A stretch of 64,000 bases of DNA from Botryllus schlosseri (Eukaryota), in assembly GCA_051294905.1 (NCBI GenBank), contig CM119372.1, positions 11,100,001-11,164,000 on the forward strand, read 5' to 3'. This document shows positions 38,054 through 51,928 of this stretch, piece by piece (positions within the stretch are counted from its first letter, which is position 1; the number at the start of each line of letters is the position of its first letter). The position numbers were made by a program, and so were the translations under genes. The notes under the pieces are model-generated. The model searched no databases and was not told where the DNA came from. It saw nothing but the letters and a program-made list of their open reading frames with translations.

Positions 38054-38932
38054 GAATATAGTTCAAATATCCTTCATCGCACCGCTACAGGACTACAGTG
38101 CAAATCTTATTCTGACCCAAAAGTTCCAAGCCTCGGTCTCCAGGGAAACCTGAATAGTGATATAGTCTATAAATAAAATTCTAACGTTCGTGCTTACAAC
38201 TCCTGTATTCTTCAAAACCATGGTCGGCCAACCTGCGGCCGTTGACGCGTAATTCAACTAGTATGTTTAGTCGGCCATCGACATCCAATTTGAATATACA
38301 AATTAACTGCCGGATTTCAGAGAGATTTCATTCAAATTAATCCAATTTTAATTCTTTGCGTAATATGCATGATTCAATGTGCCCTCAAATTTTTATTTTT
38401 TATATACTGTATAGTTAGTGTAGTATCATCATTGGTTTATATTAGCATCTAGCATCGGTTGCAATCTGGGTCCCACAGTGCAGCGAACAGCAGAGGAAAA
38501 TTAGGTACTCCATAGAAATACCAAAACGGAATCGTGTGCTCTCCAGGAAATAAATTTGTTTCTGGTACATTCGGGCTATTCCAACCATCTTTTCAGTATA
38601 CCGACAATCCTGATGGCTGATCTAAGATCAATAAATAGCGGCATGCAACAAAGTGACTAACAACAATTGGCCCGCCCGAAGATGCATCATGATTTATAAC
38701 TTCCGATAAATTTTCGAGCACACTCCCTCCATCCATACTGGAATCCTGGTACGTTTTGTCTAATATAACAGGTGAGCACTGAGCAATAGGGCTCTTCAAA
38801 AATGACTTTTTTTCTCAAATCGAACTGGCTACTTGATAAAATTGTTAGGTTACCTAATTTAAGCCTACACACAAAATTTTGTTCAATTCCAGCCAGTAAC
38901 CGCTTTGCTACAGGAGAAGAAAGTTTCTATTT

Positions 38933-40064
38933 GATTACCAGTGAACCCGTCCCTCGGTGAACCCGTCCCGTGAACCCGTCCCTCGGTGAACCCGTCCCTC
39001 GGTGAACCCGTCCCTCGATGAACTCGGCACCTCCGGCAACCCTAATATCCCCCTCCCCCAACCCTAATATCCCACCCCCGGCAACCCTAATATCCCACCT
39101 CCGGCAGCCCTAATATCCCACCTCCCCCAACCCTAATATCCCACCTCCACCAACCCTAATATCCCACCTCCGGCAACCCTAATATCCCACCTCGGACAAC
39201 CCTAATATCCCACCTCCGGCAACCCTAATATCCCACCTCCGACAACCCTAATATCCCCCTCCCCCAACCCTAATATCCCACCCCCGGCAACCCTAATATC
39301 CCACCTCCGGCAACCCTAATATCCCACCTCCCCCAACCCTAATATCCCACCTCCCCCAACCCTAATATCCCACCTCCACCAACCCTAATATCCCACCTCC
39401 GGCAACCCTAATATCCTAACCCTAATATCCCACCTCCGACAACCCTAATATCCCACCTCCGGCAACCCTAATATCCTAACCCTAATATCCCACCTCCACC
39501 AACCCTAATATCCCCCCTCCCCCAACCCTAGTATCCTACCCGAACCCAATGTCCCACTCCTCGAACCCTAATGTCTCCCCCTACCCTACCCAACCGGCCA
39601 ACCCTAACACCCCACCTCAACCTACAGTTGCAATAACGAGCAGACCACGCGTGGTTGATATGTGAGCAATAACAATCGTTGGGATATATTTTTCATCTGA
39701 ACAAGTCACACACAATATACAATGCGATAAGACCCAATGCGATGTCATGAACAGATACGAGGATGTCGAACGTCGCACGTTCGCCCCTCGCCAAGTCAAT
39801 TCAACAATGAGCCGACCACGCAATCGTGATCTGATCACTCCGTGACTGCGTGATCTACGCATGCCCTGACCTCCTTACAAGATCGACAAATCAGTTGATA
39901 ATAACATTATTAGTTTAATAATTCATAATAATACTTGTTAATACACTTAATTTCAAAATTTCCCGAGGGCGGAATTCACCGAGGGCGGAGTTCATCGAGG
40001 GCCGGGTTCACCGAGGGACGGGTTCTCGGGACGGGTTCACCGAGGGACGGGTTCACTGGCAACC
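38933..40064. mobile_element. GG..CC-type element with a 22-bp minisatellite (CAACCCTAATATCCCACCTCCG)n
   Basis: Termini GATTACCAGTGAACCCGTCCC / GGGACGGGTTCACTGGCAACC; TSD TTCTATTT. Array at about 39030-39540. Confidence 0.88.
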
Positions 40065-40133
40065 TTCTATTTATTATTTAAAAATAAATGATGAAAAATT
40101 TGAAAATTTTCTGTTCACCCCATGAAAGTGCCC

Positions 40134-40353
40134 CCGTGCGAGATAGTGTAATGGTTATGCGTCCGGCTTCTCGAGCGGTAGGTCGTGGGTTCGATCCCCG
40201 GCCGGGTCATACCAAAGACTCGAAAAATGGTATCCGCAGCTATCCTGCTAGGCGCTCAGCAATCACGGATAGCATGGAGAAAAAAAAACGGGGGCGCAGA
40301 CTAGATGACCTCATGGGGCCGTATCGCAACTCCGTCGCCAAAGCATCTCGATG
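40134..40353 (+). mobile_element. tRNA-derived SINE, family A
   Basis: A-box TAGTGTAATGG, B-box GGTTCGATCCC, unrelated body; second copy at 30261. Confidence 0.85.
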
Positions 40354-41602
40354 GTGCAGGCGAGAAAGAATATCATATGTCTCTCTCTCTGTTAGGCTGT
40401 CTATAGAAACTATGCTCACCAAATTTGGTTCAATTCCAACCAGTGGAAGCGGAGTTATTGCCGTCAAAAAATTGGGATTTGATTAAAATAGTATTTACGG
40501 TGAGCAGAACTATAATAAATAAACAAAGAATCGGTCACCGTAAATACTATTTTATTCAAATCCAAATTTTTCGACGGCAATAACTCCGCTTCCACTGGTT
40601 GGAATTGAACCAAATTTGGTGAGCATCGTTTCTATAGACAGCCTAACACTTTCATGGGGTGAACAGAAAATTTTCAAATTTTTCATTATTTATTTTTATA
40701 TAATAAATAGAAACTTTCTTCTCCTGTAGCAAAGTGGTTACTGGCTGGAATTGAACCAAATTTTGTGTGTAGGCTTAAATTAGGTAACCTAACAATTTTA
40801 TCAAGTAGCCAGTACGATTTGAGAAAAAAAGTCATTTTTGAAGAGCCCTACTGAGCATTGATACTATGGAAAGCTGAATCAAAAATGAATATCAGAACTA
40901 CTGTGCAAAAAACCGCAGGTATCGGATGTATCACCAGGATCAAGTTTCCGGCCACGGGGCAGCCATCGGCCACATATGATGTTTCAAGTTCGACGTAGGT
41001 CGATAATGTCGATTATTATCATTATGTTATTGATAGCTCACAATAAATAGTCGTCATAGCTGCGACATAGTTGGAACGAAGTAGACGCACCCCGACTTTG
41101 GCTGCGTTTTGATCGTAGTGTCCTATGACTTCGATTGGATTTAGGATTCAATCAATCAGTCAATCAGGTTTATTAATATTTTCATCGTTTCAAAACATCA
41201 CAAGACTGCGATACAATGAAAAGATAGGATGGTGTCGAAACAACTTGGAGTAGCTTTTAAAATCAGACACCCACCTTCGCCTAGGGCCTAGGCGAAGTAA
41301 ATAAGAGGCATGCACTGCACACTGAATGAAAAGTAATGCAGAGAAGAATATAAGACGCAAGCGACAAAATGAGGTGGCGTGTGGCGGAGGGCGAGGTCGA
41401 TGTTAGGTCGTGGTCCTGTAGCGTACCGCTCCATGATTATCCTAATTACCCTCGCTGATTCGCATGATAGGCCAACCCTTGTTGTGTCGCACTCTGTTGT
41501 AACAGTCGACTTTTAGTCATCGTCGGAGGTGCAGTCGCATTTCAGTCACCGTCGGAGGTGCAGTCGGCATTTAGCCACCGTCCGACGTCAGTCGCCTTTC
41601 CG

Positions 41603-42052
41603 CAGTGGTGGCTTTTGGGGTGGGCGAGGTGGGCGGTCGCCCCCCCCCCTGGTCGAAGGGGCCCCCCTATTCGGATTATGCGCTTTTTTAAGGATAATAA
41701 CGAATAAACATGGAAATCCGTGTACCAAGCAAGAACACGATTCCGTACGAATGTGTCGATCATCATCAAATCTCTGCATTTGTTAGAAAAGTCCCGTATT
41801 CCGATGATCATCACGTCTCTGCGTGCAGTAGAATTACTTAGTCTTGATGTAGTCTATCCTTAGTGGGATTTCACAGTCAACGCATGCCACACCCATGCAA
41901 TAATAGACATAGCCGAATCCAGCACCTGGCCAAACCTTACCGCGGGAAAGGGTGGTCTGGGGGGCGGAGCCCCCCAGAAGTTACGGTTAGATACCTATAG
42001 GGGCCCAGCCCAGCCCCCCCCCCCCCCCCCCCCGTTTGTAAGGCCACCACTG
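41603..42052. mobile_element. hAT-type MITE
   Basis: TIR CAGTGGTGGC / GCCACCACTG; TSD CCTTTCCG/CCTTTCAG. Confidence 0.8.
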
Positions 42053-42350
42053 CCTTTCAGTCACCGTCCGAGGAGCAGTCGCTTTTAGTCTCCGTCGGAC
42101 GGGCATCGTCGTGTTTTAGTTGTTTTAATAAAAAGGTAATGCTGACGTGCCTACTTTGTCTTACCGAGCCGCGGACCTAGAAGAACGCGCGCCCACGATA
42201 GAGCACGCTATAGTCCGGTAATCCTGACCACTGGCTAGTATTGATTTAGAAGAAATTGCTTGTATTTCGACTTGAATGCGGACATGCTCGACGACTGTCG
42301 GATAGCCGGCGATATGCTGTTCCACAATTGGGGTCCGGCATACTTGATAG

Positions 42351-43609
42351 CAGGGCTTTGGAGCAGCCGTAAATTTAAACTGCTCCAGCTCCGGCTCCGG
42401 GGCTCTCTTCTATCATACATTAGCTCCGGCTCCAGCTCCGGAGCCGCATTATAACCACTGCTCCGGCTCCAGCTCCGGCTCGGAAATTATCGAATAGTCC
42501 TGTCTATATCAGGGTGGCCTGCAAATGTGGCCCGCGAGAGGGTTTTGCGTGGCCCGCGAGGTAATGTCCTATTATATTATCGAAAATGAATTGCTCAGAT
42601 TGTGAACTTGCAATGCCAATCAAAAATTACAATTCTGGCTGCGACACTTGAGATGTTGATGACTAAGATATCAATTCCGACGCATTGGCAGATCCAGGGT
42701 CCAGTCATATTTTCAGTAAATCGTCGTACATTACAATAAACTAAAATAGTAGCGAAATTTTTCTTCACGCTTCGCGTGTTTAATTGTCACACGATTTCTT
42801 GCTTGGTGGCCTACCCCCTACTGAAAATTAAAAAAAAACGCCTAATTTACCCGATTGAGTCTAACTGTATTCGCAATTACGGAAGAAAGTCTTTTCGCGT
42901 TTGCGCTCGCATAAAATCGTCGACGGTGAAATGTAGGCACAAAATGATTGTCGCATATTATCGGAGGCCTTCGATATCGATGTGTCCAGACGCCGAATAG
43001 TCGTGTCCTTGCAAACTGAGCCTAGCGGGTGGTATACAATAGACCCGCAATACTCACCTAGTTTATTTATAAACTTAGAAAATTTTACCCGCTTGGCGTG
43101 GCTAGTGGACCGCGCACTCGTTCGTCAATTGCATGTGCCCCTTTATCCGTAAAGGTTGTCCATTCCTGGTCTATATAGATTACTAATCGACTAATAGGTT
43201 AGTTATCTATAGTAATCTAAGAGTCCGTCAGCCGTCAGTAACATCCGATGTAGCAACAAAGACATATAGGTGCCGCCATGCCGGCTTGTGACTTCATACT
43301 GAATGCTTGTCAATTGTCGACAACATCATAGTTCCACTAGAACGCAATTTACTCCATGCCATTGCTGTGCACAGCATTAAAATTCAGGCCTGGTGGCTGG
43401 TGTTCCATTATGATAAATCAGCAGATGTGGTTGTTGCATATATATAATAGCATCTTATGAAATAGGTCGGAGCCGGAGCTATTCCTCAAAAAAACGGGCT
43501 CCGGCTCCGGCTAAATTTATGTAGAGCTCCGGCTCCGGCTTCAGCTCCGGTGAAAATGCACGGCTCCGGGGCTCCGGCTCCGGGCTCCGGCTCCGGATCC
43601 AAAGCCCTG
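42351..43609. mobile_element. hAT-type MITE with GGCTCC subterminal repeats
   Basis: TIR CAGGGCTTTGGA / TCCAAAGCCCTG; TSD CTTGATAG. Confidence 0.92.
42510..43168. mobile_element. Nested hAT (Charlie-type) MITE
   Basis: CAGG...CCTG ends, GGCCCGC subrepeats, TSD GTCTATAT. Confidence 0.8.
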
Positions 43610-43859
43610 CTTGATAGCGCAATGCGTTTTCTTGTATTCAGTCCTGATCATATGGTAGTTGTTCTTCGTTGACGCGCGTGTGCTGTACTTATGCGCTTTT
43701 GTTTCCGAGTTGAAGTAGTCGTTGAAATTTGAGGGACATTGACCGCAATGGAGTCGATACATAAACTTGGCAATTTCTAGCTTCCTCTTCTTCAGAACGC
43801 CACCGTAATGGAGCTGCAATTTATTGAAATTTCCACAGGACCGTCACGCTCCAGCTATC

Positions 43860-46700
43860 GCTGAATAAATTTCAATATTATTGACTGTTTAGTCGAGCGT
43901 ATCGGGCCCGTTGAACACCTTGCGCCACTAGAATATCGCTGAAAATTGGTGTGCTGTTACTTAGGCGTTACTGTAGGATTACGAATTCGAAAGCCATTCC
44001 GTGACACAGACTTTAGTTTGGAAAATTTCGAATATTTTTCTTGAATAAATCTGAATTTCAAGACTGTTCAGTAGAGCTTATCGGGCCCGTTGGACACCTT
44101 GCGCCACTTGGATATCGCTGAAAATTATTGTGCTGCTAGGCGTGACTGTAGGCTATACGTATTCGAAAGCCATTCTGTGACACCATAGTGTCCTATATGG
44201 TGTCGACACAAGCAAATCGCACGGTTCAATGAAATTGTATCACGTCACAGTTTCCATTTGGCTACAGGCAATTTGACGGTGATTTTTGACCGGCTTGCCG
44301 AGCATTAAATTTGATGAATCGGGTATCAATCGAAAGCTGACTCTGCACTGATTAAGAAAATATAAATTTTATTCCGCTCGCGGCCCTGGAACCCCCACAA
44401 TCAGCCCCCAATTATTCATTGTCGAGTAGATTGGCAGTGTGACGCAACAATGCTGTCTGGCGAAACGAGAGACTAGCTCAAGAGCAAGGATGCGGCCGAG
44501 CGGCGAGAGTGGGATCAGCTGACGTCGCGGCAATAGCGATGTGCAAACGCGCCACAGAGAAACGCTGCGCTGTTGATACTTTTTCTATGCGTTTCGGTAC
44601 AAGCGAGCACACACCAGCCTATCCTTGACTTGTAAGGGTAGAACTGGGTCCACAGAATGTATTAGGGCCCTACCATTTTCACGCAATATCCTTCAGCTGA
44701 TAAAGATATGTAGGCTACGTCTAAGTAGTCTACATTGGATATGTCAGATTATTATGATATCGATTGCCTTAGCCCGCTTGTTGCGTAGGGCTCCAGAGAC
44801 ACGTCGCGCTGTTGATGGCGGGTGTCGATACTTTCTATAGTCGCTTTTATGGTTAAGTGTGAGCAAGGAGCATTGAGCATGAGCATACATTTCAAGCTTT
44901 TATTTGATCCGTATGGGTAGGACTTGGTCCGCGAATGCAGCAGGTAAAATGTTGATTGTTGAATAAAGCTTAACAGCAGGAGTGTCGAATTAAACTGGTA
45001 TCGCTGTCCGGATTCAATCCGTTACTAGAAAGCTTGCGGGCCATACCTGCCAAATGATTCCAAAATGTTACCACCAAATTCATACCTTTGTTTTTCACTG
45101 GAATATATCTGATATCACTATAAACGTTGACGTTGGAATTTGGTTTAGCATTTTTCAATCACCAAATAGTTTTTTTTGAATGTCGGGGACCTTTTGCGTC
45201 AAAAGTAATACAGTGGTATCACAGATATTTGAATTATATTCATTCTGTAGCCTGTATATATATTCCTAATGTAACTTACGTAAAACGGATTTGCAGTATT
45301 TTTTTCGCATCTGTGAATAACTGAATGTCCATTGTCCATTCGGCCCAACAGAGTTTGCACTTTTTCGCCTTCTCGGAATTTGGCAAGGTCACCGACGTGA
45401 TGCTTATGGGGACTAGAGTGAAAACTCAACACTGTAGTTGTATTACTACAATATGATATATTTACATTATCTAAATTTGCTGTCTTGAGTGAATCTTATT
45501 ACTTGAAAGTATATTTTTCTTACTAGAAATATCTCTAACAGCTGAAGGATTGCGCGAAAATTGGTAGGGACCAAATACATTCTGTGGACCCAGTTCTACC
45601 ATTACAAGTCAAGGAAAGGCTGGTTTGTGCTCGCTTTTAGCGAAGCGCATAGAAAAAGTATCAACAGCGCCACGCATCTCTGGAGCCCTACGCAACAAGC
45701 GGGCTAAGGCAATCGATATCATAATAATCTGACATATCCAATGTAGACTACTTAGACGTAGCCTACCTATCTCTATCAGCTGAAGGATATTGCGCGAAAA
45801 TTGGTAGGGCCCTAATACATTTCGTGGACCCAGCTCTACCCTTACAAGTCAAGGAAAGGCTGGTGTGTGCTCGCTTGTACCGAAACGCATAGAAAAAGTA
45901 TCAACAGCGCAGCGTTTCTCTGCGACGCGATTGCTCATTGCTATTGCCGCGACGTCAGCTGATCCCACTCTCGCCGCTCGGCCGCATCCTTGCTCTTGAG
46001 CTAGTCTCTCGTTCCTCCAGACATCATTGTTGCGTCACACTGCCAATCTATTCGACAATGAATAATTTGGGGCAGATTGTGGGGGTTCCAGGGCCATGAG
46101 TGGAATAAAATTTATATTTTCGCAAGCAGTACAGCGTCAGCTTTCGATTGATACGCGATTCATCAAATTTAATGCTAGGCAAGTCGGTCAAAAATCACCG
46201 TCAAATTGCCTGTAGCCAAATGGAAACTGTGACGTGATACAATTTCATTGAACCGTGCGATTTGCTTGTGTCGACACCATATAGGACACTATGGTGACAC
46301 AGTGTTTAGTTTGGAAAATTTCGACTATTTTTATTTGAATAAATCTGAATTTCAAGACTGTTCAGTCGAGCTTATCGAGCCCGTTGGATAGTTGGACACC
46401 TTGCGCCACCTGGATAACGCTGAAAATTGGTATGCTGCTAGGTGTAACTGTCGGATATACGTATTCGAAAGCCATTCCGTGACACAGCTTATATTTTTTC
46501 TAATATTTTTCATGAATAAATTTGAATTTTATTTACTGTTTAGTCGAGCGTATCCAACCCGTTGGACACTTGGATAACGCTGAAAATTTGCGCGTTGCTA
46601 GGCGTAACTGTAAGCTATACGTAGACGAAAGCCATTCCTTGACACAGGTTATAGTTTGGAAAATTTCGAATATTTCTTGTGAATAAATTTGAGTTACAGT
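43860..46700. repeat. Tandem repeat of 170-180 bp (about 4.5 units) split by a foldback insertion
   Basis: The unit TGAATAAAT...GTCGAGC...GTTGGACAC...CGCTGAAAATT...TTCGAAAGCCATTCCGTGACACAG starts near 43862, 44042, 46337, 46512 and 46680. Confidence 0.8.
44182..46295. mobile_element. Unclassified foldback element with TIRs of about 630 bp
   Basis: Termini ACCATAGTGTCCTATATGG / CCATATAGGACACTATGGT. Comparison with intact neighbouring repeat units gives a 3-bp TSD GAC. Confidence 0.85.
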
Positions 46701-47154
46701 GATTGTCGCGCGCCATGGCCGGAAACTTGATCCTGGTGATACATCCGATACCTGCGTTATTCTACACAGTAGTCCTGAAATTTATTTTTGATGGCTAGAA
46801 TTTGATGACTGACTTCCTAACCGATATAGAACCAGAGGTGGTCAAAGTAGTGAAGAAAGCTACTCACGTAGAAGTAGAAGTAGCGACGGAAAAATCTACG
46901 GCACTTCTTCGTTATTCCCACACATCCAGAAGTGATCACCATGAAACCAATAAATAATTTCCATGAACATGTGAAAATTTATAAACGTCAAAATAAATGT
47001 TTTTCGCGTTGGGATTAGGGCTAGGAGAATACTAGGGTCGGGTGGGAGATATTAGGATAGTGGGAAGTGGGTATTAGGATTAGGGTGGGTTAGGGTCAAG
47101 GTTGGGATATCCGAAGATTAGGGTTGGGGAAGGGGTTATTAGGGTGGGTGGCCC

Positions 47155-49330
47155 CGTGGATATACTCAGCTATCGCAGCTCCCGCAGCTATCGCAGCTAT
47201 CACTTGTGGATATACTCAGCTATCACAGCTATCACCAAAAATCGCAGACATACAGGTCATTTAAAGGTCACGTATCGTCTAGGGCGCAGCTATCAGCGCT
47301 GGAGCTTGTCTGGGTTGAAATAGTGCGCAGCTATCAGATCCGGAGCACGTCTGAGTTGAAATAGTGCGCAGCTATCAGATCCGGAGCAAGTCTGAGTGGA
47401 AATAGTGCGCAGCTATCAGCTCCGGAGCACGTCCGGGTTGAAATAGTGCGCAGCTATCACTACTGTGGATATACTCAGCTATCACATCTATCACCAAAAA
47501 TTGCAGACATACAGGTCATTTAAAGGTCACGTATCGTTTAGGGCGCAGCTATCAGAAAAGGAGCAAGTCTGAGTGGAAATAGTGCGCAGCTATCAGATCC
47601 GGAGCACGTCCAGGTTGAAATAGTGCGCAGCTATCAGCTCCGGAGCACGTCCGGGTTGAAATAGTGCGCAGCTATCACTACTGTGGATATACTCAGCTAT
47701 CACAGCTATCACATCTATCACCAAAAATCGCAGACATACTAGTCATTTAAAGGTCACGTATCGTTTAGGGCGCAGCTATCAGCGCTGGAGCTTGTCTGGG
47801 TTGAAATAGTGCGCAGCTATCACATCCGGAGCACGTCTGAGTAGAAATAGTGCGCAGCTATCAGATCCGGAGCAAGTCTGAGTGGAAATAGTGCGCAGCT
47901 ATCAGATCCGGAGCACGTCTGAGTTGAAATAGTGCGCAGCTATCAGATCCGGAGCAAGTCTGAGTGGAAATAGTGCGCAGCTATCAGATTCGGAGCACGT
48001 CCTGGTTGAAATAGTGCGCAGCTATCAGATCCGGAGCACGTCCAGGTTGAAATAGTGCGCAGCTATCACATCCGGAGCAAGTCTGAGTGGAAATAGTGCG
48101 CAGCTATCAGCTGCGGAGCACGTCCAGGTTGAAATAGTGCGCAGCTATCACTACTGTGGTTATACTCAGCTATCACATCTATCACCAAAAATCGCAGACA
48201 TACAGTTCATTTAAAGGTCACGTATCGTTTAGGGCGCAGCTATCAGAAAAGGAGCAAGTCTGAGTGGAAATAGTGCGCAGCTATCATATCCGGAGCACGT
48301 CCAGGTTGAAATAGTGCGCAGCTATCAGCTCCGGAGCACGTCCGGGTTGAAATACTGCGCAGCTATCACTACTGTGGATATACTCAGCTATCACATCTAT
48401 CACCAAAAATCGCAGACATACTAGTCATTTAAAGGTCACGTATCGTTTAGGGCGCAGCTATCAGCGCTGGAGCTCGTCTGGGTTGAAACAGTGCGCAGCT
48501 ATCACATCCGGAGCACGTCTGAGTAGAAATAGTGCGCAGCTATCAGATCCGGAGCAAGTCCGAGTGGAAATAGTGCGCAGCTATCAGATCCGGAGCACGT
48601 CTGAGTTGAAATAGTGCGCAGCTATCAGATCCGGAGCAAGTCTGAGTGGAAATAGTGCGCAGCTATCAGATTCGGAGCACGTCCTGGTTGAAATAGTGCG
48701 CAGCTATCAGATCCGGAGCACGTCCAGGTTGAAATAGTGCGCAGCTATCACATCCGGAGCAAGTCTGAGTGGAAATAGTGCGCAGCTATCAGATCCGGAG
48801 CAAGTCTGAGTGGAAATAGTGCGCAGCTATCAGATTCGGAGCACGTCCTGGTTGAAATAGTGCGCAGCTATCAGATCCGGAGCACGTCCAGGTTGAAATA
48901 GTGCGCAGCTATCACATCCGGAGCAAGTCTGAGTGGAAATAGTGCGCAGCTATCAGCTCCGGAGCACGTCCGGGTTGAAATAGTGCGCAGCTATCACTAC
49001 TGTGGATATACTCAGCTATCACAGCTATCACATCTATCACCAAAAATCGCAGACATACAGTTCATTTAAAGGTCACGTATCGTTTAGGGCGCAGCTATCA
49101 GCGCTGGAGCTTGTCTGGGTTAAAATAGTGCGCAGCTATCACATCCGGAGCAAGTCTGAGTGGAAATAGTTTGCAGCTATCAGCTCCGGAGCACGTCCGG
49201 GTTGAAATAGTGCGCAGCTATCACTACTGTGGATATACTCAGCTATCACATCTATCACCAAAAATCGCAGACATACAGGTCATTTAAAGGTCACGTATCG
49301 TTTAGGGCGCAGCTATCAGCGCTGGAGCTG
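47155..49330 (+). repeat. 41-bp tandem array with an interspersed unit of about 100 bp (left arm)
   Basis: Unit TAGTGCGCAGCTATCAGATCCGGAGCACGTCTGAGTTGAAA with starts at 47321, 47362 and 47403. Punctuated by TGTGGATATACTCAGC...TTTAAAGGTCACGTATCG. Confidence 0.97.
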
Positions 49331-49398
49331 TGGTTCGAAAATTGCTGTCTTGGACCGCAGAGCAGTTGCCGGAGGTGCCCAAAGGGTGAAAGGAAAAC

Positions 49399-51125
49399 GT
49401 GTATTTCGTGGTGAATAACAAATTAAACATCCGAAGGCAAGAAGAAAACTTGAATAATGTTTTCATAGACGATTGTGGTGCTTGGGGTAGCTTTAAGCGC
49501 TACAAAAAGTACTACATCAAAAACAACGACAGTGATGATCTAAAGATTGTCTATGACTACAAGGGGGATATTTGTAGGCGAGTCAGACATGGTGATAAAG
49601 ATTATATACACATCCCACTGGAAACATTGTCGGACAGCATGGCCCAGCAAAATTCTGTTTTAGTATTGTACATTTATTTGTGTACAAGCAGGGTAAACCC
49701 TGATTACAGACGTAAAATAACATGGATAAAAGATTGCGACAAGGAGCTTGCAGTGTATGAATACCTGGGCAAACATCCCGGGCACGATGTATATGGAAAT
49801 GCCAGATCTGCTTCCGCCAGCGACTACGTAAGAAGTTCAGTGGAGTTTCTGAACGAAGTAAAGCGACTTACGACTTTCATGCCACCAAAAAAGGCATACA
49901 CTACTCTCATGAAAAATAATGATATGAATATGCAACCTAAAAATCATCAGCAAATGCGTGAAAGAGACTGAGAAAAAGAAAGGAAATCCATTCGGAACTT
50001 TCCGTGATTAAGTGACAATGCTCCATCTCAGATGATTATCAAAGGGTGATGAGCATGGTAACGTCTCACCCATACGTGGGATCATGTATAATGGACAAGA
50101 GCGAACCTTTTTGCGCAACCCTGTACATTGAGGAACAAATTAAAGATATTAAGCGATGTTGCTTTTCAGGTCACACGCCGCTGTGTGTTGACAAGACGTA
50201 CAACCTAGGGAATGTCTTTGCGACAGTCACGGCCTATAAAAGCTTGAGCGTAACAAGAACGGATCCCCCATATTCATAGGCCCCATATTTCTACATACAA
50301 AGTCATCTAAAATGTCTTACGCTAATTTTGCTAACCAACTGCAAAAAATATTTCCGGCCGCCGACAAGCTAATAATTGGGACTGACGATGAAATTGCAAT
50401 GCACAGCGCGTTATTGAAAGGACTATCGTGTGCACAACATATTCTATGCTTCAATTACCTGAAAAAAAAATTTAAAGGATCACTTAATTAAGGTTGGGGC
50501 AAGTGAGTCTATTCGGAGGGCTGTAATTGAGTGCGTAACGAGTCTACTGGAGTCATCGTGCCTCGCCACATTTTCGTCACGAGAGGATAATTTAAAGAGT
50601 TGTTGTGAGACCAATTGTTCGCAGATATTGCCATATCTAAATCACGGATTCCTCGACAAGGCTCGTTGTAAAGTCTGGGGACCAAACAAGACACTGCACT
50701 CGCGCAATGCCGCTGCAGACAGTTTTTTCACCACAAATAACGCAGAAACTGTTAATTTTATGATCAAAGTTGAAACTCAGTGGAAGAAACATTCAAAAGT
50801 GTCAGACTTGATCGTTCTATTGTACGATTTAGTGACAAGCGTGTTCATTGACTTTCAACGATCACTTTATAAAACTGCAGGATTGTATCGCCTTAAGGGG
50901 GGATTTTCAAAGTATGAAATGGACCTGTATGAATGGAATGATAAACCTGAACAAGACAGGAGATTGATATTCGATAGATTCCTCTCAGAGCCCATCATGC
51001 GTCATAACAAAAGCCAGATATCATCCGATGGAAAATTGCTGGTAACAGTCCCTGAGAAAAATGCGGGCAAGAAACCAGGACATGTCGGCCGAAAACGCAA
51101 AACAAAGCTGAGGATATTTCAGTGA
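49399..51125 (+). pseudogene. Frameshifted MULE/MuDR-type DDE transposase
   Basis: Across at least three frameshifts: CVDKTYNLG, PIFIGPIFLHTK, IIGTDDEIAM, HILCFNYLKKN (CxxH position, H replaced by Y), TTNNAETVN, and a basic C-terminus AGKKPGHVGRKRK. Confidence 0.8.
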
Positions 51126-51928
51126 AACTGCAATTCTTATAACAATTGAATTACTCAATTGCATTCGTTTTTAAGTCCATTCGTTATTGTTTAATTTTGC
51201 ACATTGTTCGTAGCACTCATGTTTCGTTTCATTTGTTTTTTTATGCTTTTAATACATTGAATGAGAGTTGAATTAAACACAATGGGATTAACAATAGAAC
51301 GTACACCCATATCATCTGCGTTGCGAATGTTTAATATTTTTAATACGCAGGAAGTCGACAAACATGGCAAAAAACCTTTTAAACAGGTAAATGAGAAACT
51401 CCGGCCCTTCAGCTCTATGTTACGTCGACGTGTTAGCACGAAATCCGAGCCGTGGCAGATCCTTCGCTAAGCTTGGTACGGTATAAAACTTCGTCGCCTT
51501 GTGTTAAACACATCGCGAAACCACTCCGCACTGTTTCATGAAAGCACATCGAATAACCAATGCTGCGTAAGGGCCTTATATATAGGCCTACCTTTCTAAT
51601 GAATCTTTGGAAACTACCCCTGAGGAATGTTATATAGCTTATTGACGCCGTTGTTGGTATTGATATTGATTTCGTTTCATTCGGCAACCTTGGTCATTTT
51701 ACACCAGGCCAATATTCGTTATCGTCGTCATGTTTCGGTATTTCAGCTTTGGAGCAGTCGTAAATTGTTCATTATATTTCGAACCACACACTTGGCTATC
51801 GCCCATCGGTGTTGTGCTGATGACGAAATTTAGGGTATACCTCCGGACGGAGCTGATAGATGCGCACCAAATAGCCTACCTCCAGGCAGGGCTCAGAGCT
51901 GATAGCTGAGCATAATTTGAGTCCAGAC

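Larger units (their letters stand above)
38787..40850. mobile_element. Palindromic MITE whose left arm is interrupted by a GG..CC element and a SINE
   Basis: TIR TAGGGCTCTTCAAAAATGAC; TSD CTGAGCA(A/T). Arms of about 320 bp, centre near 40503-40533. Confidence 0.88.
41150..43790 (-). pseudogene. LINE 3' fragment (related to the 24590 family) broken into three pieces by MITEs
   Basis: Pieces at about 43610-43790 (LEIAKFMY..KYSTRAS), 42230-42350 (IKYAGPQLWNSI..FKSKYK) and 41150-41415 (tail ending in TGAT repeats). Confidence 0.8.
40880..46792. mobile_element. Old TIR element of about 5.9 kb filled with nested insertions
   Basis: Inverted pair CTACTGTG...GCAGGTATCGGATGTATCACCAGGATCAAGTTTCCGGCCA at about 40880-40956 and 46714-46792. 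Exact ends and TSD not resolved. Confidence 0.6.

Noticed and set aside
47155..49330. CRISPR-like array
   Set aside because: The variable parts are a few recurring variants, not unique spacers. There are no cas-like genes, the context is eukaryotic, and the array is mirrored as a transposon arm.
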